A model generated the notes under the pieces. The model ran no database searches. It saw nothing but the letters and a program-made list of their open reading frames with translations, and had not been told where the DNA came from. Positions 1-9,859 of a DNA stretch of 64,000 bases are shown here, piece after piece. This DNA comes from an uncultured Alphaproteobacteria bacterium (GTDB lineage: Bacteria > Pseudomonadota > Alphaproteobacteria > Rhizobiales > Beijerinckiaceae): the NCBI GenBank assembly GCA_963808525.1, contig CAWEGE010000014.1, forward strand, positions 52,736-116,735, read 5' to 3'. A program made the translations under genes and the position numbers. The stretch's first letter is position 1. Each line of letters opens with the position of its first letter.

Positions 1-1160
1 CTGTGTCTCACAGCGGGAGAGATGCCCGCGCCTGAATCGGCAACCTCAATTCGGATGGTGTTTTCGTCGATGGTGCGCGAGGAGATGGAGAGCACGCGCT
101 TTTTGCTGTCCTCCATGGCGTCGAAAGCGTTCGAGATCAAATTCGAGAACAATTGTCGTATCTGCACGGCGTTCGCGAGCAGAGTATCGTTTTTGGCTGC
201 GAGATTGAGGTCTATCCGGACCCCTGTCTCTTCTTGCCGAAGACGGCTGATTTCGATCGCGCCGCGGATCACCTCGTGCAGGCGCAACAATTCCCTTTCA
301 GGGGCTTGGCCTTCAATCGAGCTGCGCAAATGCGAGATCATCTGGCGCACATTATCGAGTTGCGTCAGCGCGTCACGCAATGGCAGCTCGATCGGAAGCG
401 GCCGTTCATCGGGGCATAGGCGCGAGAGACGCTCCGCAGTCTGCACATAGGCTGTCGCTGCCGACAGGGGTTGGCTGATTTCGTGCGCCAATCCTGCCGC
501 CAATTCGGCCATGGCGCCCAAATTCTTCGTGCTGACGCTCGCCCTTTGCTCGCTGGCGACTTGCGTCGCGATCAAATTCCTCAGCTCCTTCTCGTAGTTG
601 AAAGCGCCGAGAAACAGCAGGGCTGCGTAACCGGCGAGGACGATCGCCACCATGGTGTGTTGCGTGTCGCCAACACGCAGAAGCGCGAACAGCGCTCCCA
701 GCGCGATCGGACCCGAAAAGGCGATTGCGGCGGTCGGCACGCTCGCCAAAACGAAGACGCCGCCGCCCAGCATACCGGAAGTCAGACAGGCGATGAGCAG
801 CTTGCCGCCGAGGGCCGCGTCGGCGAAAAAAAGCGCAGGAAGCGCCGCCCAAGCCAGACCCAGCCCCAGCGCATATATAACGAGGTGTTGAATGCCGCGC
901 CGCCTGTTGGAGCCGCCGCTCTTCGAAACCGAGTGTCGTCGCCATTGACGTATGAGGATCAGCCCGAAGATCGACCATATGGCGACGGCCCAGATTAGTG
1001 CGGCAGAAAAGGCGGGCGTTTCCAGGCTTGAAACCACGAAAACAAGAGTATTACAGAAGCTGGCGATCATGCTGGCCGAGAAGTTGCGCATGACCCCCGT
1101 CAGTTGCTCCGCCATGAGGCGGTCTGAAATTTGCTCATAAGGATCAATTTGCGTGATCAT
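1..1160 (-). CDS. Membrane-bound sensor histidine kinase (HisKA + HATPase_c); 3' end runs off the window
   Basis: Hand translation from ATG 1160 (MITQIDPYEQ...) gives several TM helices, H-box LAHEISQPL, N-box QLFSNLISNAFDAM and G1 box VADSGAGI. It is absent from the ORF track because no stop codon lies in the window. Confidence 0.9.
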   Translation of the reverse strand, partial: MITQIDPYEQISDRLMAEQLTGVMRNFSASMIASFCNTLVFVVSSLETPAFSAALIWAVAIWSIFGLILIRQWRRHSVSKSGGSNRRRGIQHLVIYALGLGLAWAALPALFFADAALGGKLLIACLTSGMLGGGVFVLASVPTAAIAFSGPIALGALFALLRVGDTQHTMVAIVLAGYAALLFLGAFNYEKELRNLIATQVASEQRASVSTKNLGAMAELAAGLAHEISQPLSAATAYVQTAERLSRLCPDERPLPIELPLRDALTQLDNVRQMISHLRSSIEGQAPERELLRLHEVIRGAIEISRLRQEETGVRIDLNLAAKNDTLLANAVQIRQLFSNLISNAFDAMEDSKKRVLSISSRTIDENTIRIEVADSGAGISPAVRH

Positions 1161-1551
1161 ACGCTTCGTCCTTCGACGATCTCGAAAATGGCCTTGAAGC
1201 GGCATCGTCTCCATCGATGCGGCTCGCCTCGCGCCGGGTCAGACCGCGCCGGACAGCGATCAGTGAAGGCATCTGAGACCTTCGCGAAGATGACAGATTG
1301 CCACGCCCTGGGTCGCCGGCGCCTCGACCACGGCGGCGACTGAGACGGGGTCGCCGGGCTTGAACCGGCTCGGATGAGGCTCCAGCATAGCTCACGATCC
1401 CAAGATTTCTGAGGCCAGAAGCGTAAACTCCGGGGAGGCGCGCAAAGAACGGGGGATTCGTCTCGGGAAGAGGGCCGCTCGTTCCGCCTTGGCTCTGACT
1501 TGATTTATTGCTTGGGATTGCGGCCTTCGAAAGGGAAGACATGAGGGACTC

Positions 1552-1800
1552 ATGGACGCCATCGCACACCCGCCGGAACGCACGTACGAGCATTCTGAAC
1601 AAATCTCGTTCAAGCTGGAAAAAATGAACAACCACCGGGTCTTCGCCTTGGTGACGGATATCCGGAGGCTGCAAATCTTCATGCAGTGGCATGTTTTTCG
1701 GTCTGCCTCGTGGCCCTGGTCAAGCGGCTGCAGTGGCAGTTCACTTGCGAGACCGTTCCCTGGCAGCCGCCCCAGAATGCGGCCGCGAGCATTCGCGCGG
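1552..1800 (+). pseudogene. Degenerate N-terminal fragment resembling a DUF3050-family protein
   Basis: Joining two frames across the T-run near 1694 gives NHRVFALVTDIRRLQIFMQWHVF-SVC-LVALVKRLQWQFTCETVPWQPP. This resembles the DUF3050 pattern as I recall it (HP.Y..I....LR.FME.HVFAVWDFMSL.K.LQ...TC..VPW.P). Similarity ends after about 80 aa. Confidence 0.55.
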
Positions 1801-1879
1801 GCGCCCTTGCGGCGGGGCCCGGCGGGCCGACTCCTGTGAGTCGCCGGCGACGCGACGCAGAGGAGTTGCTTTAAGGAGT

Positions 1880-2803
1880 ATGATGAGCCTCGATCACAGC
1901 CATCCCAAGCATGACCACAGCCATGCGCCGCGAGACTTCGGCCTAGCCTTCGCTCTCGGCGCGTCATTCAATCTCGCGCTCGTCTTCGCGCAACTGGCCT
2001 ATGGGTGGCGGTCGAACTCCCTCGCGCTGATCTCGGACGGCGTGCATAATTTCTCCGACGTGCTCGGCCTGCTGCTCGCCTGGGGCGGGTCGTGGCTTGC
2101 GACGCGGCGGCCAACGGCCTCTCGCACATACGGGTACCGACGCGCGTCCGTATTGGCGGCGCTGGGGAATGCGGCGCTGCTCCTCGTCGCGACGGGCGGC
2201 CTCCTCGTCGAAGCGGCGCAGCGGCTCTTGAACGCGCCCCCGGAAGTCGCGAGCGGGACGGTGCTCTGGGTGGCGCTGGCGGCCATCGTCATCAACACCG
2301 CGACCGCCCTTCTCTTCCTGCACGGCCGCGAGCAGGATCTGAACATCAGAGGCGCCTTCATCCATATGGCCGGGGACGCCGCCGTTTCCCTGGGCGTCGT
2401 CGTCGTCGCGCTCCTGATCTCACAAACCGGCTGGCGTTGGCTCGATCCCGCCGCCAGCATCGCGATCGGCGTCGCCATCTTGTGGAGCAGCTGGGGCCTC
2501 TTGCGCGAGGCCCTCAACCTCGCGCTCGACGCGGTGCCGGAGGGCGTCGATCCCGCGGCCGTCGAGGCTTATCTGACCGGCCTGCCGGGCGTCGCCGAGG
2601 CGCATGACCTCCATATCTGGGGCATGAGCACGACCGAGACCGCCCTGACCGTGCATCTGGTGCGGCCGGGCGCGCAGCCCGACGACCGTTTCCTGGCCGG
2701 GATCGCGCATGAGCTGGAGCATCGCTTCCGCATCCAACACGCCACGATTCAAATCGAGACCGGCGAAGGCGAATGCCGCCTCGCCCCGGCGAATGTGGTA
2801 TGA
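1880..2803 (+). CDS. Cation diffusion facilitator (CzcD/ZitB-like Zn/Co/Cd exporter)
   Basis: AAGGAG RBS, His-rich N-terminus, SLALISDGVHNFSD, GAFIHMAGD, HDLHIWGMS and HATIQIE motifs. Confidence 0.92.
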   Translation: MMSLDHSHPKHDHSHAPRDFGLAFALGASFNLALVFAQLAYGWRSNSLALISDGVHNFSDVLGLLLAWGGSWLATRRPTASRTYGYRRASVLAALGNAALLLVATGGLLVEAAQRLLNAPPEVASGTVLWVALAAIVINTATALLFLHGREQDLNIRGAFIHMAGDAAVSLGVVVVALLISQTGWRWLDPAASIAIGVAILWSSWGLLREALNLALDAVPEGVDPAAVEAYLTGLPGVAEAHDLHIWGMSTTETALTVHLVRPGAQPDDRFLAGIAHELEHRFRIQHATIQIETGEGECRLAPANVV

Positions 2804-2912
2804 GGCCGGCCGCGCGTCGGGAGAGGCTTCTCAAGGCCCCGGCGTCACGCCATCATCATCGAAGCCGAATAACCCGCCATCTTCGAGACTGGGTCAAGCT
2901 CAGGCCTTTGAC

Positions 2913-4655
2913 ATGAGCCGCGCAATGAAGCTGATTTGTGCTTTGGCTCTCGCGAGCCTGTTGAGCGGGAAGGCGCATGCCGGAAGCTTGCGCGACTACA
3001 ACCATATCGTCGTCATCCTTCAGGAAAATCACAGCTTCGACAATCTCTGGGGCCTGTGGGGCGAGGTGGACGGAGAGCCCGTCAACGGGCTGCCGCTAGC
3101 GGACGCCGCGCACAAATTGCAGATCGGCGCCGACGGAAAGCCCTTCAGCTGCCTCTACCAAAACGACGCCAACCTGAAAGATGTGAAGCCTGCGGAGGGC
3201 GCGGCCTGCGCCTTCTCCAACGCGCCCTTCGACATCGAGGATTACATCAAGCCGCAGGACACGACTTGTCCAAACCCCTACGGCGAGAGCTTCACGAAGC
3301 ATGGCAAGCGCGACGGATACGCCAAGGACCAAGGCGAGCCGGGCGGCTGCACGCGCGATCTGACGCACAGCTTCTACAACGAACAATACCAGATCAACGG
3401 CGGCGCACAGAACCGCTATGTGACGGGAAGCGACGCGGCGGGCCTTGTCATGGGCTATTACGACACGCGGCAATCGCCTCTCTATGAATATCTGCATGAA
3501 GCCGGCGCGCCGCGTTACGTCATCGCCGACAATTTCTCTCACGCGAGTTTTGGCGGCTCCTTCATGAACCACCAGTGGCTGATCGCCGTTCGCACGCCGG
3601 TTTTCGAAAATCCGCCGAGCCTTGGCGCGGATCAAGATCTGCACAGCTCCATCGACGCCAACGGCCTCTCGACCAAGCCGCCCAAGCAGGTCTACGAGGC
3701 CTCGAAAACCCCGATGCGCGACCGGCCGCTGACGGCCTATTGCGAGGGCGATCCGCGCATTCCGCCGGACCGCGCCCCCGCACCCAAGGGCTTTGTCTGC
3801 GGCGACTTTGTCGTCGGCACGATCAGCCCGCAGAACTGGCCCTGGCGCCCGGACGATCCCAACAATGCGCCACGCCTCCCCCCGCTGCGCCACGAGACGA
3901 TCGGCGACCGCCTCAGCGACAAGGGCGTCGACTGGGCCTGGTACGCGGGCGGCTGGGACAATGTCGAAGGCAAGCGCGACGGGCGTGGCTGGACGAATGG
4001 CGGGGGCGCGCACTGCTCGGGCGCGGAAGTCGCCGACCCGCACACAATCGAGACGACGGTCGACGGCGTGCTGCGCTGCCCCGACAAGTCGTTCCAGTAT
4101 CATCATCAAGCCTTCGACTATTTCGAGAAATACGGGCCGGGCATGAACGGCCGCAAAGCGCATCTGCGCGACGAGGAGGACTTTCTCGACGCCGCGAGGA
4201 ACGGCTCCCTGCCGGCGGTGAGCTTCGTGAAGCCCTTGGGCGAGGAGAACGAGCATCCGGGCTATGCGAGCGAGGAGAACGGCGGCAGCCATCTCGTCAA
4301 GCTCGTGAAGGCGGTGGTGGAGGGCATGAACGCCGCCGACACGTTGATCATCATCACCTATGACGAGCACGGCGGTTCCTGGGATCATGTCCCGCCGCCG
4401 CCCTATGGTCAGAACGCCAATGGTGCGCATGATCAATGGGGCCCCGGCACGCGCGTTCCGGCGATGCTGATCTCAAAGAAGCTCGCGCGCTCCGGCGTCG
4501 ATCACGTCACGCATGACACGACCGCGATCACGAAATTGATCGAGGAACGCTTCTGCCTCGAACCGCTTGGCGAACGCGATAACTCGGTCGAAAGCCTCAG
4601 GAGCGCGCTCGGCGATAAGAGCGGTGCAAAGTGCGACGGAAGCCAGAAACGTTGA
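2913..4655 (+). CDS. acpA: Exported acid phosphatase / phosphoesterase (AcpA / phospholipase C family)
   Basis: Signal peptide, HIVVILQENHSFDNLWG, ADNFSHASFGGSFMNH, ENEHPGYAS, ITYDEHGGSWDHV and GPGTRVPA motifs. Confidence 0.88.
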   Translation: MSRAMKLICALALASLLSGKAHAGSLRDYNHIVVILQENHSFDNLWGLWGEVDGEPVNGLPLADAAHKLQIGADGKPFSCLYQNDANLKDVKPAEGAACAFSNAPFDIEDYIKPQDTTCPNPYGESFTKHGKRDGYAKDQGEPGGCTRDLTHSFYNEQYQINGGAQNRYVTGSDAAGLVMGYYDTRQSPLYEYLHEAGAPRYVIADNFSHASFGGSFMNHQWLIAVRTPVFENPPSLGADQDLHSSIDANGLSTKPPKQVYEASKTPMRDRPLTAYCEGDPRIPPDRAPAPKGFVCGDFVVGTISPQNWPWRPDDPNNAPRLPPLRHETIGDRLSDKGVDWAWYAGGWDNVEGKRDGRGWTNGGGAHCSGAEVADPHTIETTVDGVLRCPDKSFQYHHQAFDYFEKYGPGMNGRKAHLRDEEDFLDAARNGSLPAVSFVKPLGEENEHPGYASEENGGSHLVKLVKAVVEGMNAADTLIIITYDEHGGSWDHVPPPPYGQNANGAHDQWGPGTRVPAMLISKKLARSGVDHVTHDTTAITKLIEERFCLEPLGERDNSVESLRSALGDKSGAKCDGSQKR

Positions 4656-4663
4656 AGTGAAAG

Positions 4664-4791
4664 CCCCCTCCCCAACCCTCCCCCGCCTAAAGGCGGGAGA
4701 GGGACCCGCGCTTCGCGCGTCATCGACGTCTAGCGCAACGCCCGACGGGCGCTCCGCTCCCTCGCGAAGCGGGGGAAGGTGACGGAGGGGA
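4664..4791. repeat. Alphaproteobacterial REP-like palindromic intergenic element
   Basis: CCCCTCCCCAACCCTCCCCCGC...GCGGGAGAGGGAC plus a second arm CTCCCTCGCGAAGCGGGGGAAGG...GGAGGGG; same family as 30459-30582. Confidence 0.75.
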
Positions 4792-4854
4792 CGACGCAGC
4801 CAAGACAGCTGAACAGATCCCTGCTCTGCGCCCCTCGCCAAGAAAGCTTTCGCC

Positions 4855-5739
4855 ATGAGTGAAACGATCCTCCTCTCCAACGCCGCCGGCGACAGCGCCG
4901 AGATCGCCCTCTTCGGCGCCGAGCTTTCCGCCTGGAGGGCGAATGGCGTCGATCTCATCTGGGAGATCGACCGGCGCTTTTGGGATCGCACGGCGCCCGT
5001 GCTCTTTCCCATCGTCGGCGCGACCAGGCAGGGATGCGTTCAAGTCGAGGGAGAGAGCTATCCCCTCTCGCTGCATGGCTTCGCCTGGGAGAAGGATTTC
5101 GCCGTCGCCGAGCGGCGCGAAGATTTTCTGCGCCTGGAACTCGCCGCGGACGACGAGACGCGCGGGCTCTATCCTTTCGAATTCCTTTTCGCCGTCGAGT
5201 TTCGGCTGAAGCCCGGCGCGCTCGAGCACGCGCTGATCGTCGCGAACACGGGCGCCAAGCCCCTGCCCTACGCCTGCGGCCTGCATCCGGCCTTCCGCTG
5301 GCCGCTTGCGGGCTCGAAAGCGCAGCATTCCCTCGTGTTCGACGCGCCGGAAAGCCCCGAGTTGCCGGTGATCGGCCAGGGCGGGCTCTTCAGCGCGGCG
5401 AAAAAGCGCGTGCCGCTTCAGGATCGCGTCCTGCCGTTGGCCCCGGAACTCTTCGCCAAGGACGCGCTGGTCTTCCTCGACGTCAAAAGCCGCCGCGTCG
5501 CCTTCGACAATGGCAAGGGCGCCCGAATCATCTGCGACTTCCCCGACTTCCCGAATATCGGCTTCTGGATGCGGCCCGGCGCGCCCTATCTCTGCCTCGA
5601 GCCCTGGACCGGCCATGGGGACCCGGAAGACTTTTTCGGCGAACTTGCCGAGAAACCGTCGATGCGTCTCCTCGCTCCGGGCGAGAGCGCTGGGCACAAA
5701 GCGGTTTTTCGCTTTGAAAAGACGGGCGAAGCGTTTTAA
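4855..5739 (+). CDS. Aldose 1-epimerase family protein (LacX-like)
   Basis: APVLFPIVG, HGFAW, LHPAFRWP and YLCLEPWTG motifs. Confidence 0.88.
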   Translation: MSETILLSNAAGDSAEIALFGAELSAWRANGVDLIWEIDRRFWDRTAPVLFPIVGATRQGCVQVEGESYPLSLHGFAWEKDFAVAERREDFLRLELAADDETRGLYPFEFLFAVEFRLKPGALEHALIVANTGAKPLPYACGLHPAFRWPLAGSKAQHSLVFDAPESPELPVIGQGGLFSAAKKRVPLQDRVLPLAPELFAKDALVFLDVKSRRVAFDNGKGARIICDFPDFPNIGFWMRPGAPYLCLEPWTGHGDPEDFFGELAEKPSMRLLAPGESAGHKAVFRFEKTGEAF

Positions 5740-5797
5740 GCGAAAACTTTCGGCCCGGACATTGCTTGTTTTGAGCGCGCTGCAGGACCCCCGCCCC

Positions 5798-6829
5798 ATG
5801 ACCATCGCCCCTTCTGTCATCGACGCCATCGGCAAGACGCCGCTCATCGAATTGCGCGCGGCCTCGAAAGCGACCGGCTGCCGCATCCTGGGCAAGGCCG
5901 AGTTCATGAACCCCGGCGGCTCGGTCAAGGACCGCGCGGCGCTCTACATCGTGAAGGACGCCATCGCCAAGGGAACTTTGAAGCCCGGCGGCGTCATCGT
6001 CGAGGGCACGGCCGGCAACACCGGCATCGGCCTCGCGCTCGTGGCGAACGCCATGGGCTACAAGACGGTCATCGTGATCCCCGAGACGCAGTCGCAGGAA
6101 AAGAAGGACATGCTGCGGCTGCAGGGCGCCGAGCTCGTCGAGGTGCCGGCCGTTCCCTACGCAAATCCCAATAATTACGTGAAGCTCTCGGGCCGCCTCG
6201 CCGAGCGTCTCGCCAAGGAGCGTCCCGAGGGCGCGATCTGGGCCAATCAATTCGACAATGTCGCGAACCGCGAGGCGCATATCGAAACGACGGGGCCGGA
6301 GATCTGGGACGAGCTTGGCGGTGCGGTCGACGGCTTCATCTGCGCCTGCGGCACCGGCGGCACGCTGGCCGGCGTCGGCCTGGCGCTGAAGGCGCGCGAT
6401 CCGAAGATCAGAATCGGCATCGCCGATCCGATGGGCGCGGCGCTCTATTCCTATTACACGACTGGCGAGCTGAAGTCCTCGGGAACATCGATCACGGAAG
6501 GGATCGGCCAGGGCCGCGTCACCGAAAATCTCGTCGGCGCGCCGATCGACTTCGCCTGCCAAGTGCCGGACGACGAGGCGCTGCCCATCGTCTTCGACCT
6601 CGCCGAGAAGGAAGGGCTGCTGCTTGGCGGTTCTTCAGGGATCAATGTCGCCGGCGCGATCCGGCTGGCGCGTGAGCTCGGCCCCGGCAAGACAATCGTC
6701 ACCATTCTTTGCGACGGCGGCGCCCGCTACGCCTCGAAGCTCTTCAATACCGAGTTCCTGCGCGGCCTCAATCTGCCGACGCCGCCTTGGCTCGCGCCGC
6801 GCGAGAAGATCGATCCGGGGTTTGTTTAG
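5798..6829 (+). CDS. cysK: Cysteine synthase A
   Basis: KAEFMNPGGSVKDR (PLP lysine), EGTAGNTGIG, NQFDN and GTGGT motifs. Confidence 0.93.
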   Translation: MTIAPSVIDAIGKTPLIELRAASKATGCRILGKAEFMNPGGSVKDRAALYIVKDAIAKGTLKPGGVIVEGTAGNTGIGLALVANAMGYKTVIVIPETQSQEKKDMLRLQGAELVEVPAVPYANPNNYVKLSGRLAERLAKERPEGAIWANQFDNVANREAHIETTGPEIWDELGGAVDGFICACGTGGTLAGVGLALKARDPKIRIGIADPMGAALYSYYTTGELKSSGTSITEGIGQGRVTENLVGAPIDFACQVPDDEALPIVFDLAEKEGLLLGGSSGINVAGAIRLARELGPGKTIVTILCDGGARYASKLFNTEFLRGLNLPTPPWLAPREKIDPGFV

Positions 6830-6901
6830 CGGGACTAACCTGCAAAGCGTTGGCGACAAATGCGAACCTTCGGCTCGCATGAACCGATCATATGAGCGTG
6901 G

Positions 6902-8197
6902 TCAATCCCGCCCCGCAATCCGCTCCACTTCGGCGCCGCAGGCCGAGAGCTTCTTCTCCAGGCGCTCGAAGCCGCGGTCGAGGTGATAGACGCGGTTGAT
7001 CGTCGTCTCGCCCTTGGCGACGAGACCGGCGATGACGAGCGAGACCGAGGCGCGCAGATCGGTCGCCATCACTTGCGCGCCCTGCAATTCCTCGGCGCCC
7101 GTGACGATCGCGCTGTCGCCTTCCAGGCGAATGCGCGCGCCGAGACGCGCGAGCTCCTGCACATGCATGAAGCGGTTCTCGAAGATCGTCTCGGTGATGC
7201 GCGAGACGCCGTCGGCGCGCGTCATCAGCGCCATGAACTGCGCCTGAAGATCAGTCGGGAACAAGGGGAAGGGCGCGGTGCGGACGTCGACGGGCGCAAG
7301 CCCCGACCCGTTGCGCACGACGCGCAGCCCGGAGTTCGTCTCGGTGACCTCGGCGCCGGCCGCTTTCAAGGAGTCGAGCGCCGCCTGCAGCAGATTTGCG
7401 CGCGCGCCGGTGAGGTGAACGTCGCCGCCAGTCATGGCCACGGCCATCGCATAGGTGCCGGCTTCGATTCTGTCGGGCAGCACGCTGTGCCAGGCGCCGT
7501 GCAAGGACGGCACGCCCTGGATCTCGACGGTCGATTGGCCCGCGCCCTTGATGCGCGCGCCCATCGCGTTGAGGCAATCGGCAAGATCGACGATCTCCGG
7601 CTCGCGCGCCGCGTTATGGAGCACGGTCGTTCCCTTGGCGAGCGCGGCCGCCATCAGCGCCATATGCGTGCCGCCGACCGTGACCTTCTCGAAGTCGATC
7701 TCGGCGCCGACGAGCCCCTTCTTGGCTTGCGCGACGACATAGCCGTTCTCGATCGCGATCTCCGCGCCGAGCTTCTCCATCGCCATGAGCAGCAGATCGA
7801 CCGGGCGCGTGCCGATCGCGCAGCCGCCGGGCAGCGAGACGCGCGCCTCGCCCATGCGGGCCAAGAGCGGCGCGAGCACCCAGAAGCTCGCGCGCATGCG
7901 TGAGACCATCTCATAGGGGGCGGTTGTGTCGACGATCTCGCGCGCGGTGAGCTGGACGGTGCGGCCAGCATCCGGCAAGGCGCCGGCGCGCTTGCCCGCG
8001 ATGGTGTAGTCGACCCCGTGATTGCTGAGTATGCGCTCGAGCTGCGACACATCGGCGAGCTGCGGCATGTTCTCGAGCGTGAGCGTCTCGCGCGTGAGGA
8101 GCGAGGCGATCATCAGCGGGAGAGCGGCGTTTTTGGCGCCGGAAATCGGGATGGCTCCCTTCAGCTCATGGCCGCCGACGATCTTGATCTTGTCCAT
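6902..8197 (-). CDS. murA: UDP-N-acetylglucosamine 1-carboxyvinyltransferase
   Basis: [21 protein letters not shown] (catalytic Cys), [16 protein letters not shown] and DLRAS motifs. Confidence 0.98.
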   Translation of the reverse strand: MDKIKIVGGHELKGAIPISGAKNAALPLMIASLLTRETLTLENMPQLADVSQLERILSNHGVDYTIAGKRAGALPDAGRTVQLTAREIVDTTAPYEMVSRMRASFWVLAPLLARMGEARVSLPGGCAIGTRPVDLLLMAMEKLGAEIAIENGYVVAQAKKGLVGAEIDFEKVTVGGTHMALMAAALAKGTTVLHNAAREPEIVDLADCLNAMGARIKGAGQSTVEIQGVPSLHGAWHSVLPDRIEAGTYAMAVAMTGGDVHLTGARANLLQAALDSLKAAGAEVTETNSGLRVVRNGSGLAPVDVRTAPFPLFPTDLQAQFMALMTRADGVSRITETIFENRFMHVQELARLGARIRLEGDSAIVTGAEELQGAQVMATDLRASVSLVIAGLVAKGETTINRVYHLDRGFERLEKKLSACGAEVERIAGRD

Positions 8198-8354
8198 GCG
8201 TGTCCGTTCTTTGCTCTGGCGCGGCGGGCGGATCGCCGGCCCGCGCGGCTTCCTTGCGCCGCTTGAGATTGGCGCGCAACGCCTTGGCCCGCGCTTGCGC
8301 CTGCTCTTGCGCGCCCTGCCGCGCCGCGGATTCTTTAGCTTTTTCTGACATCAT
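8166..8354 (-). CDS. Small basic hypothetical protein preceding murA
   Basis: 62 aa; motif [14 protein letters not shown]; overlaps the murA start, an arrangement I recall from Hyphomicrobiales. Confidence 0.6.
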   Translation of the reverse strand: MMSEKAKESAARQGAQEQAQARAKALRANLKRRKEAARAGDPPAAPEQRTDTHGQDQDRRRP

Positions 8355-8460
8355 CGTGGCGATTTCGTGGGGGGAGGGTCTTTAGGCGCAATGGACCCGG
8401 CGCGGGTCCTAACCTTTAATCCGACCGTCCGATTAAACCGATAGCGGAGTTTCTTGAAGA

Positions 8461-9084
8461 TCAGACTGAGGAAGACCCCTCGTAGGGCAACCCATCATCT
8501 GAAAGCTGGGCGGAGAGCAGGCCAGCCAGATAATCTTCCATCTTCGTAAAGTCCAAATGCCCGGCATCCCATGCGCGATCAGCGTGCTTCAAGGCTTCTT
8601 CATAGCCTTCTCGGTTTTCTCTTATGCGCTCAGGAACGATTTTTCTGCCGGGCAGAAGCTTTCCTGATCTTGCACAAAGCAGATAATAGCAAACAGCCCT
8701 CGCCGTGCGGCCATTACCCTCAATGAATGGATGTATCCAGTTTAATCTCCATAAACCGTATGCCGCCAACTCTGTTTCAGACCAAACGTACCAATTTTCC
8801 TGAACCGTTGAAATAAACCTGTCCATCCAATCGTTAACTTCATTGAAGTGAGGGGGCTTATGATCCCCAACGTAAATTGGTTCATTTCTGAATTTGCCGC
8901 CAAATTGCGAAATATTCGCCACAGCCACGTGATTTAAGGCCCAAAGCATATATTTATCGAATGCAGTAGGTCCCTTTTTTAAACCAATTTCTATGCAATT
9001 TATGAGAAGCTCATACTGTCGATTTAGATTCTGCTCTTGTATTCTATCGTATAATTCTTGATCTTCCTGCTCCAACACAAACAT
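8461..9084 (-). CDS. Fic/DOC family protein (predicted AMP transferase)
   Basis: Canonical Fic motif HPFIEGNGRTAR; visibly AT-richer than its flanks. Confidence 0.92.
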   Translation of the reverse strand: MFVLEQEDQELYDRIQEQNLNRQYELLINCIEIGLKKGPTAFDKYMLWALNHVAVANISQFGGKFRNEPIYVGDHKPPHFNEVNDWMDRFISTVQENWYVWSETELAAYGLWRLNWIHPFIEGNGRTARAVCYYLLCARSGKLLPGRKIVPERIRENREGYEEALKHADRAWDAGHLDFTKMEDYLAGLLSAQLSDDGLPYEGSSSV

Positions 9085-9128
9085 GGCGCTAGGCCCTTCC
9101 GATAAGATTGGGCCGCGCCCCTCTGGTC

Positions 9129-9347
9129 CTAATCAGCGTCCGTTTCCGTAACCCGAACTCGGCCGACCGCCGTTAACGCAGATGCCTTGGTGATGCGTGA
9201 CCCATGCGGGGCATTTCCGTACACGAAACTGGCGCGCTGTTCTCGCAGCATCGCTTCGCTAATATGAACAGTTCTTGCTCGCGCTAAAAGGCTCTGCAAC
9301 TCCGGACGCTCCGGCGCACGATTTAGCGCTGACTTGCGCTCAGCCAT
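9129..9347 (-). CDS. 72-aa protein directly upstream of fic, candidate antitoxin
   Basis: RBS AGGGGGAG before ATG 9347; motif EQRASFVYGN; co-oriented, 44 nt from the fic start. Confidence 0.65.
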   Translation of the reverse strand: MAERKSALNRAPERPELQSLLARARTVHISEAMLREQRASFVYGNAPHGSRITKASALTAVGRVRVTETDAD

Positions 9348-9446
9348 TGATTCTCCCCCTTTTTGGTTTGATGACGAAGATACCCTGATAATCGTTACCG
9401 ACAAGCGCGATTCCTGCCATTACGGAATAAAATTTCTTTTTAGCTG

Positions 9447-9797
9447 TCACACATCAGTCGGGGGTACAGGCTGCTTTTTGGAAGGTTTTAACGTGTCTGC
9501 AGCTTCTGCGGCTTTGGAACGCTCACGCCAAGGTAGCGGTACGGCGAAGACGAAGGGCGCAGCCCCAAAACTTTCGCGCAACTCTGGATCGGCCCGCAAC
9601 GCCTCGAAATCGCGAGGCTCGGTCAAGGCCAAGCCGTCATCGCGCATCCCCTCCGCCCAAAGCTCGAGTGCCTCGCGCGCCGCGGCGAAGAGATCGTCGG
9701 CCTCGTCAGCCGCAGAAAAGCAGCCCGGCGCGTCGGGAAAGGTCATGCCGTATGCGCTGCCTTGATCCTTGTGAACGATCACGATGTAAGGTTTCAT
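9447..9797 (-). CDS. HicB-like antitoxin, no adjacent HicA
   Basis: YIVIVHKDQGSAYGMTFPDAPGCFSAADE...AREALELW matches the HicB N-terminal pattern. Confidence 0.8.
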   Translation of the reverse strand: MKPYIVIVHKDQGSAYGMTFPDAPGCFSAADEADDLFAAAREALELWAEGMRDDGLALTEPRDFEALRADPELRESFGAAPFVFAVPLPWRERSKAAEAADTLKPSKKQPVPPTDV

Positions 9798-9859
9798 TGC
9801 CGTCGCCTTGCAGTCCTCACATCATAGGCCGGCTGCGGATTCCCCGCAAATCAAGCCCC

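Noticed and set aside
860-880. ModE-like half-site GCATATATAACGA
   Set aside because: It lies inside the histidine kinase coding region and has no second half-site.
1144-1692. 182-aa minus-strand ORF overlapping the histidine kinase start
   Set aside because: No motif, atypical composition, and it overlaps the DUF3050-like remnant on the other strand.
8355-8460. tRNA upstream of murA
   Set aside because: No cloverleaf, TTCGA T-loop or CCA end; only short palindromes.
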